Shown here: piece after piece, positions 26,256 through 39,000 of the stretch | Layout of the letters: each line of letters starts with the position of its first letter | Numbering within the stretch: position 1 is the stretch's first letter | Assembly (NCBI GenBank): GCA_973851085.1 | Contig: OZ316775.1 | Span: 18,414,001 to 18,478,000 of the forward strand | Direction of reading: 5' to 3' | Length of the DNA: 64,000 nt | Source: Ptychomitrium polyphyllum | Lineage: Eukaryota | Translations under genes and position numbers: made by a program | The notes under the pieces: model-generated | Told to the model about the DNA's origin: nothing | The model's database searches: none | What the model saw: the letters and a program-made list of their open reading frames with translations, nothing else

Positions 26256-26966
26256 GTGGTGGTAGGCTCAAATCTAACAAAGACACTGACAAGCCCTAAT
26301 CAATACTTGTATAAACTCACTATACAAAGAATTTCAACATCCACAGCACCAAAAGAGCTTTGAACATGAATTCAAGCACCTCTTCGTATCAAAATTCAAA
26401 ATTTAGCTATTTTAACTCTAACATCAATAAGAACAAAGAGAAGATGTTCCACGCAAGTACAATAACTACAAATTCTTAAAGCTACTTCAAAATGCCTAAT
26501 TAAGTGTGAATGGGCCCATAATCTATAAAAGAATTGCAACAAGCTAGAGAAAGAATGCAACAAGGCTACCTACTCCAAGCAAGAGGAGAGAACAAAGTTG
26601 CAACAAGAGAAGTGTAGAGCAAGATGACTTCTATATCCAAAACCACTTTATTTATACTTAGGAGTCATCCACTAAAGTCTGCCACTTAGCGGCCATGTGT
26701 TTGCCTTTACCAATTAGTGCCACGTGGTGGCCACCAAGGAACGTCATATGGCGCCACCAAAAAGTACCACATGGTGGCTCCAATGAGTGCCACGTGGCGG
26801 CTAACCCTACTCACCACTTAAACCCTAGTTGCCATTTTTTCAATCCTAGCCTCCATATCCCTCTCTACCTTCTTCCTTGACATATCTTTGACCATTAACA
26901 ACATTTCAAGTCCAATATGAAGGCCTTTCAACTAGGACCAGTATATATCTTCTATTTATTCCAATA
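25120..26966 (-). mobile_element. Copia 3: 5' LTR (about 26524-26966), PBS, leader and gag start only
   Basis: LTR homologous to 44953-45397. PBS GATTATGGGCCCA (26511-26523). Gag start MASNKGEGLRVI at 25168-25203 is flipped to the plus strand and resembles MALNEGEGLRVI of copia 1. Confidence 0.8.
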
Positions 26967-27778
26967 CTTCCAACGGGGATTTCTCTAGGCAATTATCAAC
27001 CTTGTGGCCAAGTTTTCTACAATACATATATAATTTTTGTTTTCATCATCGCCTTTTCTCATGTTTGATAAGGGGCTTCAAGTGGACCGCATTAATTTGT
27101 ATAGCTTTAGCTTCCAAATACTTATTAGAGGTGGATGAAGCCAAGGCTACTGAAAAATTGATATATGACTATGGCGTAATCTAAGCTTGTTTAGCTTTTC
27201 AAGTTGAAATGAACAATTATTGCACTTCAAAGCTTGACTAATGGCTTCATCAAATGTTTGGAGATCTAGCATGGATAGCAATAAATCCTTAACCTCGTTG
27301 CGTACACCACAATGAAATTGACTCATTTGCGCTTCTACTCCGCAATTGATGTCGCATACAAGTTGTCAAAATTTTGATGCATAAGTTGATATAGAACGTG
27401 GCCTTTGGCGCAAGGTACAAATCTTTGTAGTTGCAGAATGGAGCTTGTCATGAATACCAAATGCTTTTATAGACATGGCTAGAAATGCATCAAAGTTGTT
27501 AAGTATGAGAGATTTTTTTCAAAAGTGATGCAAACCAAGAAAATGCTTGTATTAAGAATAATGTTCCCACCAAATCAACACCTAATGCGTCCATAAGATA
27601 TTGTGAAGGTTGGAGTAAGGTAACAAGTTGCATTTGATTTATAAAGCCACAAAATTTTGAACACATACCGTCAAACTTCTTTAAAAGGCTAATTCTTGGT
27701 TCTTTGGCCATTGACATTGAATTCCTGGCTTGAACTTGTTTTTCTTTTATTAAATCAGGTCTAAACTATGAAGCATAT
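26967..27778 (-). mobile_element. Element E gag relic (continues at about 50821-50960 beyond the nested insertions)
   Basis: KEPRISLLKKFDG..WFASLL (27499-27717); zinc knuckle CMYCRKLGHKVDNC at about 26990-27030. Confidence 0.8.
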
Positions 27779-30700
27779 TGTTGTGGTAAGAATGGTTGCT
27801 ATAGGAAACGTTGGGTCTTTTTGCATCTAGTTAATCAAGTGTAAGTTTCTATTTTATAATAGAAACTAGAACTTCCAATCACTTATTAATTATTTTTTCA
27901 TCTTTAATTTTTACTTCTCAACTCTTTTTTTCTCCCATCTTAAAAATAACCTAAGTCTTTATCAATAATTCTTCTTCTTTTTAAAAAAAAATTCAAATTA
28001 CATATTTTTCTGTATCTTTTAGTTGAAAGGTCCTATGCTCTTAAGATTTTAATAACATAAGCAGAAGACTTTCTAAGTGTAACTTTCAAAATCTCTTACT
28101 TATAATTCAAATGGTTGTTAAAAACCATATTTTCAAAAGTTTTACTCTTTCTGCCATAGCTTCTAGACCCCCCTTCCTTACTTCATAGATCTATAATTTC
28201 TTTTCTACAAAAATTCTAGGCTTCAAACTTTATCCACATATTATCTATTTTACAATAAACATTTCATCAAAATTTCAACCTTAAAAGTCCCTCCAATCAT
28301 CTCCAATAGTTCAAAATATGTAGCTCCAAAATATACTATGTACTTTTAGAGGTTTGAGCATTAGGTTGCTCGTAATCTTAGAGTTAGTGTGAGATAGAGT
28401 TAATAAGTTGGAGAGTGCAAGAAAAAATCCATAATGGTTAAAACAATGGGTTGAAGAATTATTCCATATTGATTGTAAGACTCATGTAGTTTGAAAAGAA
28501 TAAAGGGCAAAGCAAGGAGTGGAGTTTGAATCTCACTCCAAACAATGTTTGCATACCTTGTATATTGTGCTTGTACAATCTTCTTTCTTCTCTTATTTTT
28601 TCTCAATAAGTTATGGATCCACTCATGCTTCTTGTGTGAGTTGAAATTTAGATTGAATTTTTGTTTAAAAGAGCATTTTAAGAAAGTTACAAGGATTGAT
28701 TTGGAGGTGATATAAGCTTTGGAGGGGATCTAGAGGTGTTTGGAGGTGATACAAGCTTTGGAGGTGCCTAAGTTCTCATTTGAAGGAGATTGGAAAAGCT
28801 TAGTACATTGGAAGTGTCTTAGAAGTGCAATTTAGGTTTGTAAGTTTTGTATTGAGTGCTTGAGTTGCTTGATTATATGATTTGAGTCTAGAGGGGACCA
28901 ATTTGAGTGCTTTGAGACTACTTTGTGCATATTTGAATAGGGGCTTTCTTGTGTATTTAGGTGCAAAAGTGCACATTTGGGCCCAAAAGAGGGCTGATTT
29001 GTATTGTTTGGGCCTAATAAGGGCTAATTTGAGGTGGTTTAGAATTTAAGGGGCCTAGTTGGGCAAGAGATGGCATCATTTGATGGCGCGAATGCTAAAG
29101 TGGTTGACAAGTTTAATGGAGAAAACTTCAACTTTTGAAAGTTTAAACTTTTGAAAGATGGAGATGGTGTTGGATTCTATGGACCTTTAAAACATTGTTG
29201 ACAATTTTGAAGAAACTCCAGCTGTAAGCCAAATAAATCTTCCCACTAATTGAAAATACTAATTATTCACATAGTCCTAATTGTATTGTAGTTTAGATTA
29301 GTTTGTATAGGTATTTTTATGAGCTGGAAATTTACCTTCTTTTGTAAGTGGCCACCTTCCAATTTACAACAATTAACTAATTAAAAGGGCATGTGGCTAA
29401 ATAAAAGGCTAAATGGAAGGTAATTAACTCCAAAAACATAATTAGGAAAAATTTACCTTGTCATTGTGATTTTAACTCTAATCAACATCAATATCAATCC
29501 TAAATTCAAGGCCTTAGGCTTCAAATGGCCAAAAATCCATAAAAATTAAAAATATAGCATATCAGCCAAAGACCTAACATCAATAATATAAAAAAGACAA
29601 AATACTAACTCTAATCTCTACGCCTCCAAATTCTGCATAAGGCTGCAGACTCCTTGGCGCTCAATTGCTTGTCATTGTCTCGTCAACTTTTGGAATTATG
29701 CCTCTTATAGCTTGTTGAAAAGCTTACTTCAAAGTGCTCTACTTTCAACAAGAATTATAGCATTTGAATAAGTGACAACAATGTTATGTCTAACCAAAGT
29801 TTGGACTGAGTTCGGTTTGTCCTGACCCTAGGCAATAGATTCCTTGGCGGTTGATGTTGTTCCACTGCTTCATCAAATTTTGGAATTGTGGTTCCTTTAA
29901 CTTGTTGAAAAGCTTACTTTAAGGCGCTCGAATTCTCAAAATCTCAAGTTTAACTTCCAATTCTACAATTATTTATGGCGGTTCAAAGTCAATTTTTTTT
30001 TGCTTAAGTCTTTTTTCCTATTTATAGCCAACCTCCCATTCTCCAAGCCGCTTTTCTATATCGCTAAAATTTTGATCCTTTAAAACCAACTTTAATTACT
30101 GAATACTTAAATTCTTCTATACCTCAAAAGTTTTATTCAAAATACCTACTTCTCTTTTCTTCAAAACTTCTTGTATAAAACTAATGGTCTAACTACTCCA
30201 AAACCTTATTGAAGAAATGCAACAAAGCTAATACAACAAGCAAGAAGAGAGAACAAAGTTGCAACAAGAGAAGTGTGGAGCAAAATGACTCCCATTTCTA
30301 AAATCTCTTTTCTTATACTTTGAAATCATCCACCAAAGTATGCCACTTGGCGGCCATGCCTTTGCCTCAACTAATGAGTGCCATGTGGCAACCAGCCTTA
30401 GCGGCCATAGTCGCCATAGCCGCCATACAAAACTCTTGTTGCTTTTTCTTAACCCTAGTCTCTATATCCACTATGGCTTCTTCCTTGACATCCCTTTGAC
30501 CATTAGCAACCTATCAAGCTCTAGTCCTATACAAAGAAACTTCAACTAAAATCATTTTATATGTTCCACCCTTTTCAATACTTCCACTTTGCTATTGATC
30601 AAAGGACCTTTAATCCAATTGACCTTTTCAACAAGCAGTGTCTATTTTTTATCAATGTTTTTGTTAATAAATTAGCAAGCATGCCTTCTGTTGCACAATA

Positions 30701-31105
30701 CCTCATATCTATCACTCCCTCTTCAATCTTCTCTTTTATGAAGTGATGTTGGATGTTGGATGTTGATGTGCTTTGTTTGTAAGTGATGCTTGGGATTCTT
30801 GGCAAAGGCTAGACATCCTTCATAGTCACACATGACGGGCGTTGCATCTATTCATACAAGTCTAATATCTTCCAAGAGTTGCCTCAGCCACATTGCTTCC
30901 ATTGCACCATGACTTGCTGCCATGTACTCCGCCTCCATGGTTGACCTTGCAATTGTGGATTGCCTCTTGCAGTTTCAAGAAATGGTTCCTATTCTAATAA
31001 AGAACACATACCCCATTGTGGAATGCCTATCATTTGCATCTCCAGCCCAATCCGCATCACAAAACCCTTGCAACTTAATGTTATTACCTCCTAAACACAA
31101 CACAA

Positions 31106-32764
31106 TGTCGCAACCCTTGTAATGCACCTTAACAACGTCACGCACGTCAACCCTGTATACCCCTACATGCACATGGTTAACCCCCATTTTTACTCTCCAA
31201 GTTCCAGGGAGCCATATCTTCCACGTTTGGTCTTTGAATCTAGGGTTTGGAACTCCTAGGGAGTCCTTCCGTGTATTGTTCCAGTCCAGCACAATCATAA
31301 TCTAGGGCTACCACAGTCCAAAACAACCCTTGGCAGTCTCAACTTTGGGGTGCCATATTTTTTAGCTTCCTTGTCCGGTTTGAGCAATCTTTAGCATTCT
31401 GGAATCAACTTGTCGTAAGTCCTTCAATGCCTACAATTTCTCCCTTGTGGCCCTTAGTTCACATGGGCAAGGATGTTTCTCCCCCTCAGGGTCCTTCCCA
31501 CGCTAGGCCCACTAGGTTCACTTCACTATCGGCGCCACAAGTCCCAAACGTCACTCCAAGGTTGTTGCGCACCTCTCTTTGAGGAGTGCCCGCAATACTA
31601 AGGGCATAAGGGGGACCCCCGAGTGACGGATGAGACTTGTGGCGCCGATAGTGAAAGGAACTATGTGGGCCTAGTGTGAGAAGGACCCTTAGGGGGAGAA
31701 ACATCCTTGCCTATGTAGACCGTGGGCCACGAAGGATAAATCATAGGCATTGGAGGAATCACAAAGAGTTGATTCTAGAATGCTAAAGATTGCTCAAATT
31801 GGACAAGAGAGCTAAAAGTTATGGCATCTCAAAGTTGGGATTGCCAAGGGGCCGTTCTGAACTGTGGCAGCCCTACACAGTGACTATACTGGACTAGGAC
31901 AGTCCAGGGAGGGACTCCCCGGGAGTCCCGAACCTTGGGAAAGGCATATCTCCTAGAGTACTAACTCAAATTGGACGTTTGAGGAGTTTATTGGCATTTA
32001 TGCAAAGAATAGATGATGATAAAGTGATTGCTTGATACTTTCGGGCACCGAACCAAGAAGATATGGCTCCCTGAAGGTCCATAGGGAGTTCCGGAGGCTT
32101 CCAGCGGCTAAGTCCCAAGGGAGATCGGGTGGTCTTCCAAAACTTTGGGTGTGTCAAGGTTCAGCCAGCTACAGAGGGCCAGAGGGCCAGCCAAATCCCA
32201 TAGAGAGTACTATAGGGGAGGGCTGGTTCCCCTTCCTACTCCCCTAATGTTCCCGCAAAAACCAAATATGAGTCTCGGTTGGTGGAGCTAGTATTGGGGC
32301 TTCATCATAGGGACTCCTACACCATTGTGAGCCAGAAGATGGCTGGTTTCACGAAGGAGACTAGTACGTTTAAAAGGGCACGCTTGTTACCACTAAGTTG
32401 GGGTGGTGTCTTCACGCCGGCACCATGATGGCCTGATGTGATCTTAGGATCGCATGGAGATCATGAGTGGTGGTGAGGAGACACCACTAAGTGCGGTTAG
32501 GCCGTGTGGAATGGGAGTAACACCAAGTGAGGCCTTGGACATGAATGGAAATTCACACCTAACCATTGCCTACCAATTAATTGGGTGTCCTAAGAAAAAT
32601 AGTTGAGGGACTTAGAGAGTGAGAATGGGGATTAACCATGTGCATATGGGGGTGTATAGAATTGACGCGCGTGATGCTTGCTAAGGTGCACTACAAGGGT
32701 TGCGACAAAGGCCTCCCTTTTTACTTTAGTGTTGCGAGCACTTTTGAAGGAGAAGTGTGCAACA
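31106..32764 (-). mobile_element. Internally deleted family D solo LTR (about 0.5 kb net) in copia 1
   Basis: TG..CA ends; decayed TSD CACAA/TATAA. Removing it restores copia GTLDFVLCLGG. Confidence 0.85.
31563..32707 (+). mobile_element. Family D solo LTR (1145 bp) nested in the previous LTR
   Basis: TGTTGCGCACC..GGTTGCGACA; TSD AAGGT/AAGGC. Confidence 0.93.
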
Positions 32765-33929
32765 TATAAAGTCTAAGGTGCCCTTCAATTACCTCATGAT
32801 CCTCTTCATGGTTGCCCAATACATGGGGCCTGCCTTGGACATGTGTTGGCTCACAATACTCACCGAAAATGCAAGATCAAACCTTGTGCCCACCATGGCA
32901 TACATGAGGCACCCTATTCCTGCCTTGTATGGAACGCCTTGCATTTCACCCTCCACTTGAGCATACTCTTCATTACTTAGCTTCATCAATGTCAAGTTAG
33001 CTTCTAAGGGTGTTTCCACTGCTTAGCAGTCTTCCATGTTGAATTGCTTCAACACCTCCTCAATGTACTTCTTTTTACTCATGGTAATGGTCATCTTTGC
33101 ACAATCCCTCACAAACTCCAATCCAAGACAATAGTGCACCTCGCCCAAATCACTCATCTCAAACTCCTGCTCTAATTTGGCCTTCAACCATTCTAGCTTC
33201 TCCAAAAGATTGGCCAACATGATTAAGTCATTTATATACAAAATCACAATCAACAAAAACTCCATGTTTTGCATCACATACAAGAAATGATCCGCCTTGC
33301 TTCTTACAAACCCTTCTTTCCTAAAGAATGCATCAATGCGTTGGTATTATGACCTTGGTGATTGCTTCAGCCCATATAAGGCCTTCTTCAACCTGCAAAC
33401 AAGGTGCTCCAAACCTTCATGTACAAATCTTGGAGGTTGCCCCATATAAATGTCTTCTTCCAAGTCTCCATTTAAAAAGGCCGTCTTTACATCCATTTGG
33501 TGATCTCCAAGTCCATTGCCACCGCTATGGCCAAGATGGTCTTAATGGTGGTGAACTTGGCTACAGGTGCAAATGTCTCATTGAAGTCCACACCAGCAAC
33601 TTGTGAGTATCCTTTGACAACTAGTCTTGCCTTGTGCCTCACAATTGCACTTGAAGCATCCCTCTTGGTTTTAAACACCCACTTGCAATCTATGGAAGAA
33701 CAATTTGGACAAAGTTGAGTTAAGTGCCATGTGCCCTTGTCCATGAGTGACTTGTACTCTTCTTCCATGGCCTTTTCCAATTTCATGGCATTTGTGGACT
33801 TCAAGTCATTGCATATAATTAAAGGATCAACAAAGAAGGCAATATTGGTATGTTTTGCACTCACTTGGGGAAATATGTGGTTCTTCCACCATTCACCAGG
33901 TGGCCTCCTCTCCCTCAATAGGTACCTCC

Positions 33930-34472
33930 TGTCACGGACATAAATCATACAACATAGTCCTTAAAACATTTTAGAACCTTCTAGTATGCTATAATACCTT
34001 CTTAGAATACTTTTAAATGTCTTCATAGCCTTTCCATATTCTTCGGAAGCTTCTTAGGAAAATTCTACCACCTCAGGAAACTTCCTAAGAAGATTCTACC
34101 TCTTTAGGAAACTTCCTAAGAAGGTTCCGCTACCTTAGGAAACTTCCAATGAAGGTTCCAACTCCTTGGAAGCTTCTTAGGAAGATTCCAACATCTTAGA
34201 AAACTTCTTGGGAAGGTTTCCTAGACTTTGAGAACATTCTTAAGCCTTGTAGGAAGCTTCTTTAGAAGTATCCTAGGAGATACAAACGTCAAAGTATAAA
34301 TAGGAGGCAAGACAAGATATTCCTTAGTCTTGCAAACACAAGTTGTGGATCATCTTGAATCCTACCTTGTTCTAGTCTTTGTATCCAGTTCTTGTTAATC
34401 ATTAGCTCTTTGGAAGCTAATTCTTAAGAAAAACACTTTCGTTTCTGCTTCTTGTTTCTTGTGTTCCTAACA
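33930..34472 (+). mobile_element. Family A LTR in copia 1, without TSD
   Basis: TGTCACGGACATAAATC..CCTAACA, homologous to 17539-17921 and 52672-53115. Internal 30-bp repeats at about 34045-34225. Flanks CCTCC/GTTTT. Confidence 0.9.
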
Positions 34473-36001
34473 GTTTTAAGAATAAAAGTCGCCTTGTTCT
34501 CCCCCTCCTTTGTTCCTTCACTTCCATCCACATCTCTATTTTCTTGCTTTGTTAAAGTGGAGGATGTATCTACAATCACACCATTACTCCTACTTGGACA
34601 CATCCCCAAGTGCTCACAAGCACTTTTGTGCTCCAAGAATTCAACATTACAACTCTTAATGATCTTCTTGCTTTCCACATACATCAGCCTAACCGCTTTG
34701 CTACCCTCACAGTAACCAAAAAACACACATTTTGTACCCATTGCATCAAGCTTGGACCTCATGCAATCTAGAACCTTTGTATATGCAAGGCATCCAAAGG
34801 TCTTCATGTGTGTAGCACAAGGCTTCTTACCACTCCAAGCTTCTTCAGGGATTATGGATGCAAGGGCACTTGTGAGGCACCTATTTCTTGTATACACCGC
34901 ATTCACCACCGCTTCCGCCCACAACTCATGCCCTAAATGTTGAGCATGAAGCATGCTCCTCACCCTCACTACAATGGTGCGGTTTGCCCACTCAGCAACT
35001 ATATTTTGTTATGGAATGTATGTACTGGAGGTTTGCCTTGCAATGCCTTCACTCTTCAAGAAGTCATCAAAACACTTGAATAAGAACTCACCACCATTAT
35101 CCAAATGCCACACTTTGATCTTGGATCCACATTCCTTTTTCACAAGCGCCTTGAACTTCTTGAACCTTGCAAAGCACTTGCTCTTGTCCTTGAAGATGAA
35201 CACCCACACTTTCTTCAAAAAATCATCAATGAAGGTGAGGAAATACCTTGCTCCTCCCATGGATGGAGTCTTCATAGGCCCACACATGTCAGAATGCATA
35301 ATCTCCAACAATGTGCTTGCTCGAGTTGCCACTCCACTTGAAAACGACGCTTTTTGTTGCTTGCCTTGGATGCAACCCTCACAAGCAAGTTCTTTAGTTT
35401 TGTGGCATGTTGTACCAAAATCCAAGCTACTTACCATGCCTTGGAGCTCCTTCATGGCCTTCACATTCAGGTGCCCAAGGCGGCCATGCTATATGCCAAA
35501 CTTGTCTTCATCTTGAGTGAGTTCAACAAAGGCCGCTACCTCCATTCTATTCACCTTCTTACATTTGATGAAGTACAAGTTACCATCCCTCAACCCCATG
35601 GCAACAACATCTCCATCCAATGACTTCACAACACATCCATTCACATTGAAATGAGCCACAAACCCTCCCATCACAAGTTTTCTCACCAAGAGGAAGTTGG
35701 ACTTCATCATTGGCACATGGAGCACGTTCTTGAAGGTGACCCTCTTGGTCTTGCTTCCTACAACAACCTCCACCACAATGGAACCCACTCCAATGGTCTC
35801 CACCACGCCATTGTCACCCATGAGTAAATTAGAGGCTGGAATTGCCTCATAAGTATGAAATGAGCACTTGTAAGGAGTCATGTACTTTGTGGCGCCCAAA
35901 TCAACTATCCACTTGGATAGAGCTGCCATAGGCGCCCTTTCTCTTGCCATGAAGGTACAATCACCACCTCCAAGGTGGTCCATTACATGGTTGGCATCCT
36001 C

Positions 36002-39000
36002 TGTCGCGCACCACTCCCTGAGGAGTGCCCGCAACACTAAGGGCACAAAGGAGACCCCGAAGTGACGTCCGGGACTTGTGGCGCCAATAGTGAGGAGAAT
36101 CGAGTGGGCCTAACATGGGAAGGACCACTAAGGGGAGAAACATCCTTGCCCATGTAGATCGAGGGCCACGAGGGATAAATCATGAGCATTGAAGGAATCA
36201 CAAAGAGCTGATTCTAGAATGCTAAGGATTGCCCAAATCGGACAAGGGAGCTAAAAGTTATGGCACCCCAAAGTTGGAGTTGCCAAGGGGCTGTTCTGGA
36301 GTGTGGCAGCCCTACACAGTGACTGTGCTGGAGTGGGGTAGTCCACGGAGGGACTCCCCGGGAGTCCCGAACCTTGGGAGAGGCGTATCTTCCACAATAC
36401 TAACTCAAATCGGACGTTTGAGGAGTCTATTGGCATCTATGCAAAGAGTAAATGACGATAGAGTGGTTGCTTGATACATTTGGGCACCAAATGAGGAAGA
36501 TATGACGCCCTGAAGGTCCGCTGGGAGTCCCGGAGGCTTCCAACAGCTAAGTCCCAAGGGGGATAGGGTGGTCTTCCAAAACTCTAGGTGTGTCGAGGTT
36601 CAGCTGGCTGTAGAGGGCCAGGGGGCCTGCCAAATCCCACAGAGAGTACTATAAGGGAGGGTTGGTTCCCCTCCCCACTCCCCTAGTGTCCCGGTAGAGA
36701 CCAAGGGTGAGTCCCGGTTGGTGGAGCTAATGTTGGGGTTTCACCACGGAGACTCCCACACCATTGTGAGCCGGTGGACGGCCGGTTTCACAAAGGGAAC
36801 TAGCACGTTCAAAAGGGTACGCTTGTTACCACTAAATTGGGGTTTTGTCTTCACGCCGGCACCATGATGGCCCGGGGTGATCTTAGGATCACTTGGGCAT
36901 CATGAGTGGTGGTGAGGAGACACCACTAAGTGCGGTTAGGCCGTGTGGAATGGAAGTAATACCAAGTGAGGCCTTGGACATGAATGGAAGTCCGCACCTA
37001 ACCATTGACTACTAATAAATTGGGTGTCCTAAGAGAAATGGTAGAAAGACTTGGAAAGTGAGAATGGGGGTTAACCATGTGCATGTGGGGGTGTACAGGG
37101 TTGACGCGCGTGACGCTTGCTAAGGTACATTGCAAGGGTTGCGACATTTGGTATCAGAGCAGGCTTCGAGTATCCAAGTGCTACGTTGCGAGGAGGCGAT
37201 GGATAAGAAGAAAGCCGTTGATGGTGGTGAGTCCGGGGCCTCTAAACAACCACACACAAGGGTGAAGAAAGACCCTAATCCGATTAATGGGGCTTCATCT
37301 TTTGATTCCAATGAGCAAGGGAATGACATTGGAGTCACCGAGGAAGTTGAAGAAACTCAACAAGACGAAGCGTTGGAGGGTGGAAAATACTCAGGAGTTA
37401 GGATTCCTGAGCCACCTCAGGGCCTAGAGAGTCAGCACCCTGACTTAAGTTTTCGCATGAAAATGCTCGAGTTCATGGACGTTGTGAACCAAGAACTCAA
37501 GCGTGGCAAAGAAGAAAGGACTCGTCAAGAGAGGTTGATTGAGCACTTGATGGCACAAGGTTCTAGGTCCTCATCTTCGACCAAGAAGTTGGCCAAGGTG
37601 AACATGCCAAGCACTTTTTCTGGGCTAGATAAGGCCAGAAAGGTGAAGGAGTTTCTTTTGAAAATGGACAACTATTATGATGTTCAAAAGCCGGAGGAGG
37701 TGGACAAAGTGTCAATTGCGGTGACCTTTTTGAAAGACCATGCTCTTCAATGGTGGACAAGTAAAAAGGAACAAGAGCCGGAGTTGGTGGCAACTTTGTC
37801 TTGGGTCAATTTTAAAGGGATCTTGAGTGAACGCTTCACTCCGGAATACCAAGAGTTGAGGGAGGGCATGAACTTGGTGCAAATGAGGCACACCGGGTCG
37901 CTCAAGACTTATGTGCGAGATTTCAACGCTCAAATGAATGCCACATTCAAAATGGATGAGTTTTCAAAGAAATGCATCTTTTTGGGTGGGCTTCAAAAGT
38001 GGGTGGTGGACGCCTTGTTCAAGTTCCCAAAGCTTCCGGAGGACGTGGCGGGAATCATTAAGATTGCGGAAAGAATTGAAGCCGACGGTTCCGAAAGAAA
38101 ATCAAGTGGTCCCTCTCAACAAAGTGGATTGAGCCGAAATGTATCTCGCGGCGGAGAACGCAAGAAATTTGGCTTTGGAAACAAACACAAGGGACAAGTA
38201 GATGAAAGGGCCTACAACAAAGTGGACCATCATGAAAGAAAACCATTCAAATCGGGAGATAAGAGTGCTGAGGTGAAGCACAAGCGTTGCCACGGGTGTG
38301 GCAAGATTGGTCACTTCATTGCGGAGTGCCCCGATAAAAAGGTGAGTACCAAAGCTTGTCACACTTGTGTTGTGGATCACATTTTAGAAGGTGGATTTGT
38401 GGCCAAGGCTAGTAGCCTTAAGCCAACGTCGAGTCTCTTATACCTTGAGGCCCAAATAAATGGCAAAAATGTCTCATGTTTGATTGACACAGGGGCAACG
38501 CACTCCTTCATGAGTCCCAAGCTAGCAAGGGAGTTGGGCTTGTTGGCTCAAAATGCTAGCAAGCCCATCAACATGCGATTTGCAAAAGGCAAACCGTACA
38601 AGACAAAGGAGGTGGTGTTGGATGTGGCCTTAAGCAGTGGAACATTGGAATTGAAGGAAAGCTTTACACTATGTGAGATGGATGAGGTAGACCTCATTTT
38701 AGGTGATACCTTTTTCGAAACTCATGTGGTGGATGTGAAGCGAAAGCCAGCACAGTTAGTAGTGTGCCGTGGTGGGAAAGAGACAATATTGAAGTTGACT
38801 AGGACTCCTATGGTTGCGGGAGGCAAGTTGAACTTACTCTCCTTAGAACAATTAGAGAATAATCAATTCATGGTTGTGATGCAAATGGAGCAAGAAGAGG
38901 GGAATAGGCCAAGTGCCAAGGAGGTTAGGACTATTCCCAAGTGCATTCAAAATGTACTAAGTGGTTACAAGGATGTGCTCACCAATGAGCTGCTTGCAGA

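Noticed and set aside
36229..36474. 81-aa ORF repeated at 42843-43088
   Set aside because: Lies inside the LTRs, has no recognisable domain and is not kept open in other family D LTRs.
37130..37198. ORF-track start of gag-pol
   Set aside because: Begins at a TTG inside the LTR and runs through the PBS; the first ATG is 37199.
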